Shown here: positions 23,641-36,482 of the stretch, piece by piece | Layout: every line of letters starts with the position of its first letter | Position numbering within the stretch: the stretch's first letter is position 1 | NCBI RefSeq assembly: GCF_001194135.2 | Contig: NC_068988.1 | Location: 878,972-930,180 of the forward strand | Source: Octopus bimaculoides | Lineage: Eukaryota | Direction of reading: 5' to 3' | Length of the DNA stretch: 51,209 nt | Notes under the pieces: model-generated | Seen by the model: only the letters and a program-made list of their open reading frames with translations | The model's database searches: none | Told to the model about the DNA's origin: nothing | Made by a program: the position numbers and the translations under genes

Positions 23641-26384
23641 TTGTCATCATCATTTTGTTAAGGTTATTTCTACAGAAATTATAACTAGCACTGATTTGTT
23701 GCTAATGTAGTAGAACGTGGTGTTGACTTACAAAAATATTAAGGTAATTGTTCAGTTTAGGGATATTAAAAAAGTAAATAAAAATTAAGGGGGAGATAAC
23801 TTCAACATAAATACTGTAGTAACATAACATAGTGGATTACAATTTTTGCACGTGTATAAATTCATAATTAGTCAATGCCATGCCAACCACTGAACAAATC
23901 CAGATCCAGCACCTCATACCCATCCTACAATATCATTCTTAAAATGAACAATCACATCATTGAAATCTCAGAGCGACAAGATAATGCATGGTTAATTCAA
24001 ACATTGAACAAATAAGCATTACATCTGATAATCAGAATGCTAAAAGGTTAAATCAAACAAAATACAAAAAAAAAAAACAGACTTACCTCCCACCCCCACC
24101 CAAAATGTCACGCTTAATGATAACTGGATAAATAACGATCATGTTGATGATGATGGATAAGTAATGTAAATTTCAATCCCTCCATCAAAATATAAATCCT
24201 ATTTCACTCTCATATAAACGACATACTTTACAGCACCATGATAAACCAGAGAGCAGAATGGACATAATTCCTGTCAGCTTTAAACACTGTAACGACTGAG
24301 ATAAACGCATCTCTCTACCCCTTTCTCTCTGTATATTCTTGCCATGAAGTATTTCAAATAATTGTACATATTAATTACTAGTAGGTACACTATTTCATTT
24401 TGTAATCTATCCAATAGTGTTTACACCACTAAACTTGGATATTTAAGCAAATGTATTCATGGATGGTTAAGGGTTTGCAGTGGCACTGATGAAGGAGCAA
24501 TAACTCTTGAAATATGCATATACAACCATTGCCTAGTTTTCTCTTGTTTACATGGATGTCTTTGTATATGAAACACCGTAACATTAGGCGCTAGCTCTAA
24601 ATTCTATAGAAAACCTGTAGAGAACCAAATAATTGTATATACAACGAAATTTCTAAAATCATATCCAACAGGGTTTCTATGCCCTTCTTAATGCCAACCA
24701 CTTTACAAAGTGTACTGGGTAAGTGGAACTGAACCTGGAACCATGTGGTTGGAAGTAAACTTCTTACCACATAGCCATGCCTGCATCTATGTATGGATAT
24801 TAGGAAAAAACAAAGTTGGATAGATTGGTTTATATATATGTCCTACCCATGCTAGCATGGAACACCATCATTAAATGATGATGATGATGATGATGACACA
24901 AAACTTTCAATGAAACTGGTTCAGAGCTCAGAAACAGATGAGTATTAACAATGGAAAAAAACAGATTACTCCTTTAATCTTACAGTCCCAATTAAACATT
25001 GTCTCATGCACCACACAACAAAAGAGGTCCAAGGCAACCTCACTAGTGCTGGTGCCAAAATAAAATACACCCAGTACACTGTAAAGTACTCTTTTCTTGT
25101 CAAGGACATGACAATCTCTTCATTGTTCTATGTTGCCATTGTTCATCCTGGTAACAACACTGAGCAGTGGGGACCCAACAGAGTAGGAAAGGAGATTGCA
25201 GAAGATAAGGGTGAGATAGAAAAAGTGACAGAAGTATGAAGAAGGAAACAGAGTGATAGCAGAGGGTAATGAGAGAGAGAGAGAGTGTGTGATAGCAGGA
25301 AGTAATGAGAGAGATACACTAATGGAAGCAACATATTTAGTGACAAGAGGGAGAGTGAGTGATGTGTAATTGTAAACATGGTTGGGGGTAAACGAATGTG
25401 ATGGATGTCAATATTGAGTGAACTGATGAGAGGAGGAGGGGGAGTAATGGTCCCAAATACAGAAGGAGAATGTTCTCTGGTCAAAGAGAGGGCACGTGTA
25501 AGGGGCAGCCAAGACAGCAATGGTAAGACGATGATGTCCTTCACAAGAACAATGAATCTATAGGTGATAATTAATTGGTTTTTAATCAATTATTTCTACT
25601 TCAGGGTCATAACTCTACTCATTCAGGTTTGACCTGGGGCTAAACAATCCTCCCACCCCTACCCCCATACACACATACACAGTGATTGGATGATAGATTC
25701 AGAACTACATTGAACCAAATATGCGGTGCTTCGTTACATCCCTTTACATTCTGATTTCAAATCCCCACCCACCTCAATATTATTTAGCCCCCAACTCCCA
25801 GAGTTGATATGATCGACAATCTACTCCAGCATGGCCAGAACCCAATAACAGAAACCAGAAAAAGAATACGTCTTTGTTCATTCTTACACCACATGTCTAC
25901 AATTAATTTACAGAGGCGACGACTCCACTGTATTTCTATTCCATTATACACCTCCTATACACCCACTCCATATATACACCACTGTTGTTTTTATTAGAGG
26001 AATGGTAAGCAATAAACTCTGTGCACTTGTCAAAACTATTACGCAAATATGCACAAGTAAATAATCTTGAAATTCTAACCCAATTTCCAAGGAAACCATT
26101 TAAAAGTATAGACCAAATATTTACTGATAAGCAGGCAATTTCTTTCTCAAAACTACATATGTAGAAAATTAAAGACTTAAAAATGTAAGCTGTTGTACTT
26201 TACGACAGTGTACAGCAGGGTATCTAGGTAACAACAACAACAATTAGCATATGTTACTAATAGCAAAATTATAATATAAACTTACACACATAAACATGTA
26301 TAAATATACACACACACACAAATATAGATATATACATTAAGATAAATATATACAATTAAATATGTAATATATGCACATCCCCCC

Positions 26385-26565
26385 CCCCCAACGTCGCTTG
26401 ACAAACAATGATGTGTTTACGTCCCCGTAACTTAGCAGTTTGGCAAAAGAAACCAACAGAATAAGTACTAGGCTTAGAAAGAATAAGTCCTGGGGTTGAT
26501 TTACTCGACTAAAGGTGGTGCTCCAACATAGCCAGAGTCAAATGACTGAAACAAAATAAAAGAAT
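26385..26565 (+). mobile_element. SINE type B tail
   Basis: gtgtttacgtccccgtaacttagc...aaatgactgaaacaaaataaaag. Confidence 0.7.
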
Positions 26566-26844
26566 CTACATACATATATATATACATGTATATATATATA
26601 TATACACATTTATATATATACATATATACACACATTTACATATATATATATACACACACATTTACACATATATGGAAGCTGGTGTGGCCCTTGGATTTGC
26701 CAGCTCCTATCAAACCATCCAACCCATGCCAGCATAAAAACACAGGCATTAAATGTTGATGTTCATGGTGTGTAGGTTGAAAGTTCAAAGTCACTGTCAA
26801 CAACATTCTGGAATGAGAATAATTATATATATTTATTTATGTAT

Positions 26845-26879
<35 letters not shown>

Positions 26880-27159
26880 GTGTGTGTATGTATATGAATA
26901 TATATATATATGTGTGTGTGTGTAAATGTAGCCATTTTCTTTACAAAGATGGTAGGGTGTGATTTGAAGGAATCTGGCTGCTATTTCTAGCAGACTGAGC
27001 AACCATAACAACTGATTTTATTTCCCTGCTCTTGTCTATGCAAGATGATGATAATGGACTACAACAAATGGCGAGATGTTGAGACTCATCCAACCCATGT
27101 CAACATGGGAGGGACGTGATGGTGATGATGATGATGATGGTACATGAATCAGTAAAACA

Positions 27160-27494
27160 GACAACACATTGGCACTCTGTCAGTTACGATAACAAGGGTT
27201 CCAGTTGATCCGATCAACAGAACAGCCTGTTTGTGACATTAACGTGCAAGTGGTTGAGTATTTCACAGACACACACAGCCTTAATTAGTTCTCAGGGAGA
27301 TTCAGCATGACACAGAATGTGACAAGGCTGGCCCTTTTGAATTACAGGTACTGCTCATTTTTGCCAGCTGAGTGGACTGGTATAATGGGAAATAAAGTGT
27401 CTTGCTCAAGAACTCAGTGTGCTGCTGGGTATTGAACTCACAACATTAATAATTGCAAAATGAATACTGTAACCACTAAGCTGTGTGCTTTCAC
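27160..27494 (-). mobile_element. tRNA-headed SINE (type D here), minus copy
   Basis: Reverse complement of 27496-27815. Confidence 0.75.
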
Positions 27495-27495
27495 T

Positions 27496-27815
27496 GTGAA
27501 GAGGTGTGGCTTAGTGGTTAGGGGTATTCGGCTCACGGTTGTGAGGTTGTGAGTTCAATTCCCAGTGACGCGTTGTGTCCTTGAGCAAGACACTTTATTT
27601 CACGTTGCTCCAGTCCACTCAGGTGGCAAAAATGAGTAGCACCTGTATTTCAAAGGACCAGCCTTGTCACATTCTGTGTCACGCTGAATCTCCCTGAGAA
27701 CTATGTTAAGAGTACACATATCTGTGGAGTACTCAGCCACTTCCATGTTAATTTCACGAGCAAGCAGTTCCATTGATCGTATCAGCTGGGACCCTCGTCA
27801 TCGTAACCAACAGAG
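27496..27815 (+). mobile_element. tRNA-headed SINE (type D), plus copy
   Basis: A box tggcttagtggtta, B box gagttcaattccc, central gtgtccttgagcaagacac block; further copies at 41585-41905 and 47295-47620. Confidence 0.8.
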
Positions 27816-28706
27816 TGCTCCTCTATATGCTTTCATTCTAAGATTTGTGAACGATAACCAAATATATATTTTTTTTTTAATTGAGAAGGATTGGCATTTT
27901 TAAATAATACAAAATTTTAAATTGTTATTGATGCAAAACATTAAACATAATTACACTAAATGTAAAAAAAATCAAAACAAATTTAAATGGTATTTATATA
28001 AAAAATTATTTTGAAAAACCAAAAAGTCAATTTTAAAACAAAACTTAAAATTACCTTCATCTCTCAACAGAAGAGCATCCGTTAACTTAAGATTTCCATC
28101 TCTCACAGAAGAAAACTGATAAAATCACCGTAATGTCAAGTTACAAAGTTATGTGAAAAGATTTCCTCAAATTGAACTTGCAATCCAATAATACCAATTA
28201 CAGATTAATAAAAATAATAAAAATTCAGTAATTAGTAGGGATTGAAACCACTTTCTACTGACAACCACCTGATAAGCCTGAAGGCAACTTAAACGTTTCT
28301 GGTACTGATTAAAAAAAAGTTGCAGAAATAAAATCATAAATAAATTGGTGAATAATATTAACATTTAACTACCATCAAAACATTTAAGATATTTTCTCAA
28401 ACTATCTCCAATGTTTCCATGAAGAACAGTATAAAGAACTGCCCTGTACCAATCAGAACTGAATTAGTAGTACCAATGTACTTAATTGTAAAAACAGAAC
28501 CAAGTCTCTTTCAGCAGACATCTCTCGTATGTAGCTGCATCTATTTCTTACACAATAAGTTCTTTGAGTAACATTTGAAAAAAAGAGAGCTACTGACAAC
28601 AAAAAAATGTGAATATATACTCAATAAACTTAAAATTTCTATGTTCCAAGAACTTCTTTTTTTCCAAAAATTCTTTTTATTAATTTTGTTCCTCCTCCTC
28701 CTCCTC

Positions 28707-28707
<1 letters not shown>

Positions 28708-28744
<37 letters not shown>
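28708..28744. repeat. (TAA)n microsatellite
   Basis: Direct reading. Confidence 0.95.
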
Positions 28745-28746
<2 letters not shown>

Positions 28747-29248
28747 CGACCACAAACCTGAAGGCATCGTCGAAAATAAAAATGCAAAGATCCAATGGGA
28801 TTTTATGATTCAGTGCGACCATGAGACAGAGAATAGGAAACCAGACAGTCTTAACTGAGAAAGAAAACAAACTATACTGGATCATAGATATAGCATGCCC
28901 AGCTGACAACAAGGTGTGCGACAAGGAAGAAAGAAAAGTTGAGAGATATGACAGGTTAGCTTGGGAAGTTAAGCAGTTGCGGTCGATGCAAAAGGTAGCA
29001 ATAGTACCAATAATTGTCGGAGCCCTGGGAACAGTGAGTAAAAATCTTGAGAAGTACATGGAACAAATAGGGGCTGTAGTTAGGGTGGAGCACTTGCAGA
29101 AAACAGCACTGCTTGGAACCGCTCGAATACTCCGGAAGGTGCTCGAAAAATAAGAGGTGTTACCTTAGTTCACTGGTTGTGAACAGCTGACACTGTAGTA
29201 CATCTCTAGTGTTAGAAGCTGTGCAAAGGCAATGTTAATAATAATAAT
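28745..29248 (+). mobile_element. 5'-truncated non-LTR retrotransposon, R4/Dong-like, restriction-like endonuclease domain
   Basis: DDHKPEGIVENKNAKIQWDFMIQCDHETENRKPD, then a frameshift, then VLTEKENKLYWIIDIACPADNKVCDKEERKVERYDRL...IVPIIVGALGTV...LQKTALLGTARILRKVL; this is the PD..D..K-type RLE. Confidence 0.85.
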
Positions 29249-31150
29249 TGTTATTTAACATCTATTTTCCCGACTGGCATGGTTTGATTGGATCCAGAAA
29301 GCTATAGGGCTGTCTCATGCACCAATATCAGCTTCTACTGCTGGATGCCCTTCCTAAAGCCAACCATTTTACAGAGTGCACTAGGTGCTTTTCTCATTGC
29401 ACTGGCACTAAGTCCTGGGGTCAATTTGCTCGACTAAAGGCGGTGCTCCAGCATGGCCGCAGTCAAAGGACTGAAACAAGTAAAAGAGGAAAAGATTAAA
29501 GAGAGTCTATGGAGCACTCAACCACTCGCATGTTAATTTCATAGACGGGCTGTTCTGTTGATCAGATCAACTGGAACACTCAACGCCATAACCAATAGAG
29601 TTCCAGTTAAAAAACTGATGGGAGGATAATTTTCATCATTTTAATTAACATGGTGGATGTGGATTAGGAAATGGATAGTACTAACAGAACACACGGTAGG
29701 GTTTGATCAACCCTGGATGAGGGTACCTGGTTGTTGAAAGGCCTGAAACAATAACTCCCGGAAACATCACTGATGATGGATCCAGATGCATTACAAGATG
29801 ATGTGAGTGGAAACTGCAAGAAGCCTGTTGTGTGTGTGCGTGTGTGTGTGCACGCATGTTTCTTTGTGTTTGTCCCTCTTGACAATTGTGTCTCCATTCC
29901 TGTAACTTAGTGGTTCAGCAAATGAGGCCAATAGAAATAAATAACAGGCTTACAAAAAATAAGTACTGGAATTCTTCAAGGCGGTGCCCCAGTATGGCCA
30001 GAGTCTAATGAATGAAACAAGTAAACGATAAAGGATTTACTTCATATTCCAAACAACGACTTAATAAGAACAAAAATTATAGTTTAAAACCTAAAAGAAA
30101 AAAAAAACAAGCAAGGGAGGTAACTCCAATACGATCAAGTGATAATATATTTCGAGAGGGTCATTTTATTTATTTATTTATCTATTTTTTGCCAACTAAA
30201 CAATTGATAATAATTTCTGAACAACTATGACAATGCAAAGTGGAGTGGATCTGTTCTTTGAAGCGAACTGGTAAACCTGCAGTAGGCCATACCTATTTAG
30301 GTGGTATCTATTTACAGGTTAGTGGACTGAACATTTATGAATGGACATCACACAATGCAGGTAATGAGTGATAAAATATCTACCCCTTTCATGTAACGTT
30401 ATAAAACATCTACCCCTTTCAGCTGCTAACGTAATACCGTGTCATCTCTCCCTCTCACCCTATTGTAAAGCAACACCTTTAATAATCAATGCCTTGGTAG
30501 AATATGCAACAGACTGAACAGGTAAAAACTGGAGTTAATTCAATGTTTCAACACCAATATCTTTTTTTTTTGTTGCTTTTTTTAAGCATTGATCCACAAT
30601 CCTAATTACTCTGTGTATATACAAATGAGTGTGCACAGAATCATTAGATTTGTTCTTCTTGCCACCATGGCCATCACCATCCAATTTGCAAAGCCAGCCA
30701 TGGGTTCAAAGACTAATCAATCTATATTTTCTCTTGTCCCAACAAAACAGTCACAACAAAAGGAAACTGTTACTGATTGATAACATTGGTATAAATCAAT
30801 CGATTTGTAAGGGAAGGGTATAATCAATTGAAATAACCTGTATTCACCCTGCCACTGAGAGATAAAAAAAAAAAAAAAAAAGCAGTCAACTTCAATGAAT
30901 TCTCAATTCAGGCGCAGACGTTAAGCATTTGGTGAAGTTATCTACTGTTTCTGCAACTCCATCTCGGTATCAAAAAGAAACTGCTCAATGTTATTCGAAC
31001 TGCCTGCCTTTCCGAGAGCACAAATAACATGAAATAGCATCAAATTGACCATTCAAACTGTGTCGAGATCTTGAAATTTCAACTGCTTCATTTTTCTACA
31101 CATGTAAAAATGTAGGTTCATTTTTTTTTTCCAGGTCTGTATGGGTTAGT

Positions 31151-31540
31151 CTAGTAATTCTCAATCAGGGCCCATGTGACTCCAGGAGTGCATGTTAGAT
31201 TTTGTGGGAGTCCATGCAAGCAAAATAGTAGATTGNNNNNNNNNNNNNNNNNNNNNNNNNNNNNNNNNNNNNNNNNNNNNNNNNNNNNNNNNNNNNNNNN
31301 NNNNNNNNNNNNNNNNNNNNNNNNNNNNNNNNNNNNNNNNNNNNNNNNNNNNNNNNNNNNNNNNNNNNNNNNNNNNNNNNNNNNNNNNNNNNNNNNNNNN
31401 NNNNNNNNNNNNNNNNNNNNNNNNNNNNNNNNNNNNNNNNNNNNNNNNNNNNNNNNNNNNNNNNNNNNNNNNNNNNNNNNNNNNNNNNATAGAATAGTAA
31501 TCAAAGGAGTCCCATATATAAAAATGGTTTGAGAACTAAT
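31151..31540. mobile_element. hAT-like MITE spanning an N gap
   Basis: Ends agtaattctcaatcag ... ggtttgagaacta form an imperfect TIR. Confidence 0.4.
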
Positions 31541-32544
31541 AGGTTAGACAAATATGTTATTGTTTCACAGCTGGATGCTTTTCCCGTCACTAACCTCTTT
31601 TACCTGTTTTCCAAATAAAGGATCTCCCACTTCATACAGCTTCAATGGTGCACTAAGTGAGAGGCTGATTTGTTGAGAAAAGAACTGACAAAAACAACAT
31701 CATTTGCACACCACAACCTCTATAGAGGCAAGCAAGACGTAAACGCGCGCACCATTTTTCTTTCTATTTCCATCAACCAAATCCACTCACAAAGCTTTTG
31801 TCAACCCAGGGCTGTAATAAAAGACACCTGCCCAAGGTACCACACTGTAGAACTGAACCCGGAATCACAAATGGTGAAAAAGCAAACTTCTGTGCCTATG
31901 TTTAATTGACTAAACTTGCCACAAGAACAAACCACATGAGAAATCAGAAACCAACATGGGAAACTTCTTTGCAATTAATTAATAATAAAACGATAATTAC
32001 GAGAATAAGTAATGACTAAATAACTGTTCAAAATAGAAGCCAAATCTACGTCCAATATCGCAACTTACCATCTTAGAAAAAGGACAGGAATATTGGATAA
32101 AGTAGTCCTAGATACACTATGTTCCCAGTTGCAACACCTTTGATGATAGGTCTGCTGGATCAGCTACGACACAGGGGAGTGGGGTCCTAAACAACAACTG
32201 CAACAACAACTAACGAGTTTATAAGCACATGTGTTAGAAAGCTAAAGTGTTTGACATTTGACAAGATTCCAAAGTGTCTTTGAATAAAAACACAGAAATA
32301 AACACAAGTTTGCAATTAATTACTGCTGCTAATTACAAGAATAAGCAATGGCTAACCAATCACTGCTTCAACCACTAATTACACTCTCATTAACTCTTCA
32401 ATTAAGATATAAATTTAAATAGCAGAAGCTGTAGAACAGCATAAAATCTACCTTTGCTTCAATCGCAAGTAGCAGCTGCTTCGTTTAAATCAGTGGGTCT
32501 CAGCCAAACAACCCTTGGGGACCCTTTTAAGAGTTTCTGGGGTT

Positions 32545-33186
32545 TCTTTCATTCTTTGACTTGTTTCAGTCATTTCACTGCGACCATGCTGGAGCATTGC
32601 CATTAGTCAAATGAATCAACCCCAGGACTTATTCTTTGTAAGCCTGGTACTTATTCTATCGGTCTCTCTTGCCGAACTGTTAAGTGACAGGGACGTAAAC
32701 ACACTAAGATCGGCTGTCAAGCAATGATGAGGGGTACAAACACAGACACACAAACATACACACACACACATATATCATCATCATCGTTTAACATCCGCTT
32801 TCCATGCTGGCATGGGTTGGACGGTTTGACAGAGGACTGGTGAACCAGAAGGCTGCCCCAGGCTCCAATCTGATCTGGCATGGTTTCTACAGCTGAATGC
32901 CCTTCCTAATGCCAACCACTCTGAGAGCGTAGTGGATGCTTTGTACTTGTCACCAGCATGGGAGCCAGTCAGGGGGCACTGGCATTGACCACATTCGGAC
33001 GATGCTTTTTACATATATATATACACACACACAAACACACACAACAGGTTTCTTTTAGTTTTCATATATCAATCCACTCACAGGGCCTGGCTTTGGTTGA
33101 CCCAGAGCAATAGTAAGGACAGACTGTGGACTGAACCTGTAACAATATGGTTGCAGAATAAGCATCTCAAACACACAGCCACATCT
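32545..33186 (-). mobile_element. Composite SINE: head (33045-33186) + microsatellite + type E module + type B module
   Basis: All modules co-oriented and separated by short (AC)/(AT)/(CAT) tracts. Confidence 0.65.
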
Positions 33187-33896
33187 CTGCCAATTTATCA
33201 TTGTAAATTATCATCTCAACTTCTCTGGCCCCCACAAATAAATTTCATATTTTCCTTGACTAATCTTAAACTTTTGTCTGAGACCAAACTTTTCTCTCAT
33301 CTGTTAGAGGCAACAACCATCAGAGCATATTTTAAACTAACTAATCATTCATAATTAACATTTTTTTTTTCTTTTTTAATGAACTTTAAGTAGAGACGAT
33401 GAGCTCATACAGAAAAAGTCATTCCAGATTGGAAACCTAATTCCAAAAAAGCTAGACATGTACAGTAAATGTGTATCTTTAACCTTTGACATTAACATGA
33501 CAATGCTGAACTTTCTACAATAGGAACAAGCAAGCAAAAATGAAATCCTGAAGCAGGGAATTATTTAGCTCTCATTAGATAAGAATTTTGTACATGGTAT
33601 TCAATGCAGGAAAACTAACAAAAGACGCTGGAAATGGATGCTTGTTAGTTGGGTTTCAGTATTCTGCAGCTCCAGGCCAGTCCGTTTCCATTTTTAACAT
33701 AATCAAGAATTCAAATAAAAATCTGGAGTCATCCTTTAACAGATTCATATTTTGTCACAGACATGTGATTCGTCAGTCACAACAAAAGACAAGTCTCAGC
33801 TCTGTGAGCCAGTGTTTGGAGTCTTAGTGCTGATAATTCCAGAATTTTCAAATGGATTAACAGAAAATAACAGAAAGCCAAAACAAGATCACTTTA

Positions 33897-34128
33897 ACCC
33901 TTTTGTTGCCATATTTCTGTCGAGATACACTGCCTTTCTTTGTTTCAATTCATTTTGAAAATTATGAAGAATTTAGTAAAATAACTTTGTCATTATCAAA
34001 CTTGGTATTTTGAAATTAAATTAACACAAAATTTCAGTGGGAAAGTTTTAGTTTAGATTATTTTAAAGCAGAAAGTTTCTATCATGGAACCGGGAGCAGG
34101 CTCAGGCACATTGGTATCAAAAGGGTTT
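33897..34128. mobile_element. piggyBac-like MITE copy
   Basis: tttaacccttttgttgcc...ggtatcaaaagggtttaa. Confidence 0.7.
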
Positions 34129-34439
34129 AAACAGATCATAGACCAAGGCAGTTTCAAGGGGTTTGCTATCAAAAGGGTTAATTAGTTTAGGGTCCAGAAG
34201 TGTTTGGAACAATTTTAAAATCTAAGTCAGATATGATAATTCTGTCCACCTGTTAGTCAATCATCATCATCATCATCAACAATGTTAATAATGCAACAAT
34301 ATTACCATAGAAACAATTCTGAAACTAACACAAAACAAAGTGGACTTCGACATATTCATTATTGAGTAAGAAGAAAAAAAAATCTCAAAAAATCTAAATT
34401 TCTAGTTGTTGCCTCGCCCTAACTCTGCTCTGACCAAGC

Positions 34440-34513
34440 AGGGCAGTCTACGTGCCACTATGATGAAGGGCAGTCTACATGCCACTATGATGAAGGGCAG
34501 TCTACGTACCACT
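34440..34513. repeat. 27-bp tandem repeat, about 2.7 copies
   Basis: Unit agggcagtctacgtgccactatgatga. Confidence 0.9.
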
Positions 34514-35329
34514 CATCCATCTTCTCAGACAGTTTAATTCAAGCTACATTATCCAGTAGATATTTCCTCTTTTATTTTTAGAGACAGATTTGGCTGCTGT
34601 TTCTGGCATATATAACAACTATGTAGCAGCTTATTCATTTGGTTTATTTGGGATCTGATCTTCCAAGAAAACTTGGCAATTCCAGAGTTTATATCCCACT
34701 TTCATCTCATCAACTGCAGCAACTTTTCTTTCAATTATGTTTAGCAGCCAGCAAAGCTTTATATCATCATCATCATCATCGTCGTCATCATTTACTGCTG
34801 ATTTTCCATGCAGGCATGGGTTGGATAGTTTGACAGGATCCAGCAAGCTGCAGGGCTGTGTCAAGCTCCAACATCAGCTTTGGCATGGTTTCTATGGCTG
34901 GATGCCTTTCCTAATGCCAGCCACTTAAGAAGGGCAAGATGAGAGATATATGAGTGGCTCAGGGAAGGAATAGATCAGAAAAGAGTGGGGTGATGTGTAA
35001 AGTGTAAAAGCAGTAGAGATGGAGACATAGAGGTACATCTGGGACTACAGCAAGTAGGGCATGATGAAAGGGCAAGGGGCATTGAAAATAATAGCAGATA
35101 AGGGAGATGTTAAGAATGGAGTATAGAAGAGAGAGAGAGAGAGAGAGAGAGCAGTGGCTGAAGGCATAACAAGGAGGTGATTGGTAGAAATAATGATGTC
35201 TGAAATTATCTAACTAAGAAGATAGCATCAGTCTCCCCATCACAAAACCAAACTGCATCTCATCTAGTGAGATTCTGCTTCTAATCAATTAGGCTATCAA
35301 TCTCTCCTTAACTTGAATGACCTTTATGC

Positions 35330-35397
<68 letters not shown>
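35330..35397. repeat. (GT)n microsatellite
   Basis: Direct reading. Confidence 0.95.
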
Positions 35398-35399
<2 letters not shown>

Positions 35400-35654
35400 C
35401 ATACATGCCTGGAGTTACGGTTTTATGCACCCAACAAAGTATTATTGTTAAGCTGAAACTGTTGCCAATGTAAAAAGAAATAGAATGGTGAAACTATTTT
35501 TTTGCTTTCTGAAAAAGCAACGTTTTGGACTTACTTTTGCATAACAGCAACGATATGTGTGTGTGTATGTATGTGTGTACATGTATCACTTGCATCTATA
35601 GCCACACTTGTGTCGATATATCTATAATCCCATGCATGGCTACATGTGCCAGTG

Positions 35655-35820
35655 TGGATATAGGCACAAGTGTTGCTTAAAAGGTTGTGTGTTTGAAGAA
35701 GCTTGCTTTCCAAGCATGAGGTCACTACGCAGCACAATAGGCAGGGTTAGGGTCTTCCGCTACAGCCCTGGGCAACCAAAGCCTTATGAAGAGATTTGGG
35801 AAACTGAAAGAAGCCAATTG
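35655..35820 (+). mobile_element. Degenerate SINE tRNA-like head
   Basis: gaagcttgctttccaag...accaaagccttatgaagagatttgggaaactgaaagaagcc. Confidence 0.6.
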
Positions 35821-36316
35821 TGTATGTGTGTGTACTTCTTCATCATCATCATGGTTTAAAGTCTACTTTCCAAGCAGTCATGAGGTGGAAGGATTGGCAC
35901 AGTTAGGATCAGCATGCATTCGGGAATTCTGCTCATTGATACGGTTCAAAGGGTCTCATCACACAGTTTACTTTGGTTTGAGTTCTAGGGCTGGGTACCA
36001 TTCCTAACACCAACCACTTTACAGTGACATCAGTACTAGAGAGGTTTGATGTCATCATCACATGACTAAAAGGACCTCACATCCCCACATTTCTGCTCCC
36101 TCAACAACCTCTTTACATAGTGAGAAGCGTAAGTGATAGAAGTATGAGTAACAGTGATGAGGAGTAGAGTGACAGGAGAACTCAATATTCTGAGAGAGGT
36201 GTGTATATCGAAGGCAATGTAACGTGATTGAACGATCCTTGTGTTTGGGAAGAATAACAACAGGTCTTAATTGCAGCTGAAACATGAGAAAAAGGATTCC
36301 AAAACGAAACAAATTG

Positions 36317-36482
36317 CCGTATTTATTCGTGTGCAAGTCACACTCTTTTATGCTTGAGTTGGAGACGGGGAAAAAATGGGGTGCAACTGAGACATGGGGC
36401 AAAGCCAAAATTATGAAGAGAAAATTTCGCCCCATCATTTAACACTAAATTAGGGGTGCGACTTATACACGAGTAAATATGT
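36317..36482. mobile_element. pogo/Tigger-like MITE
   Basis: Left end CCGTATTTATTCGTGTGCAAGTCACAC and reverse complement of the right end ATATTTACTCGTGTATAAGTCGCAC form an imperfect TIR of about 25 bp. Confidence 0.55.

Noticed and set aside
27500-27570. tRNA-like A/B boxes (also 21680, 42365, 47300, 18660)
   Set aside because: They continue into repeated SINE bodies and give no complete cloverleaf, so they are not tRNA genes
30589-30780. Plus-strand ORF with a signal-peptide-like start (MSVHRIIRFVLLATMAITIQFAK)
   Set aside because: TTG-initiated short ORF with no homology, processing sites or splice support; compatible with chance
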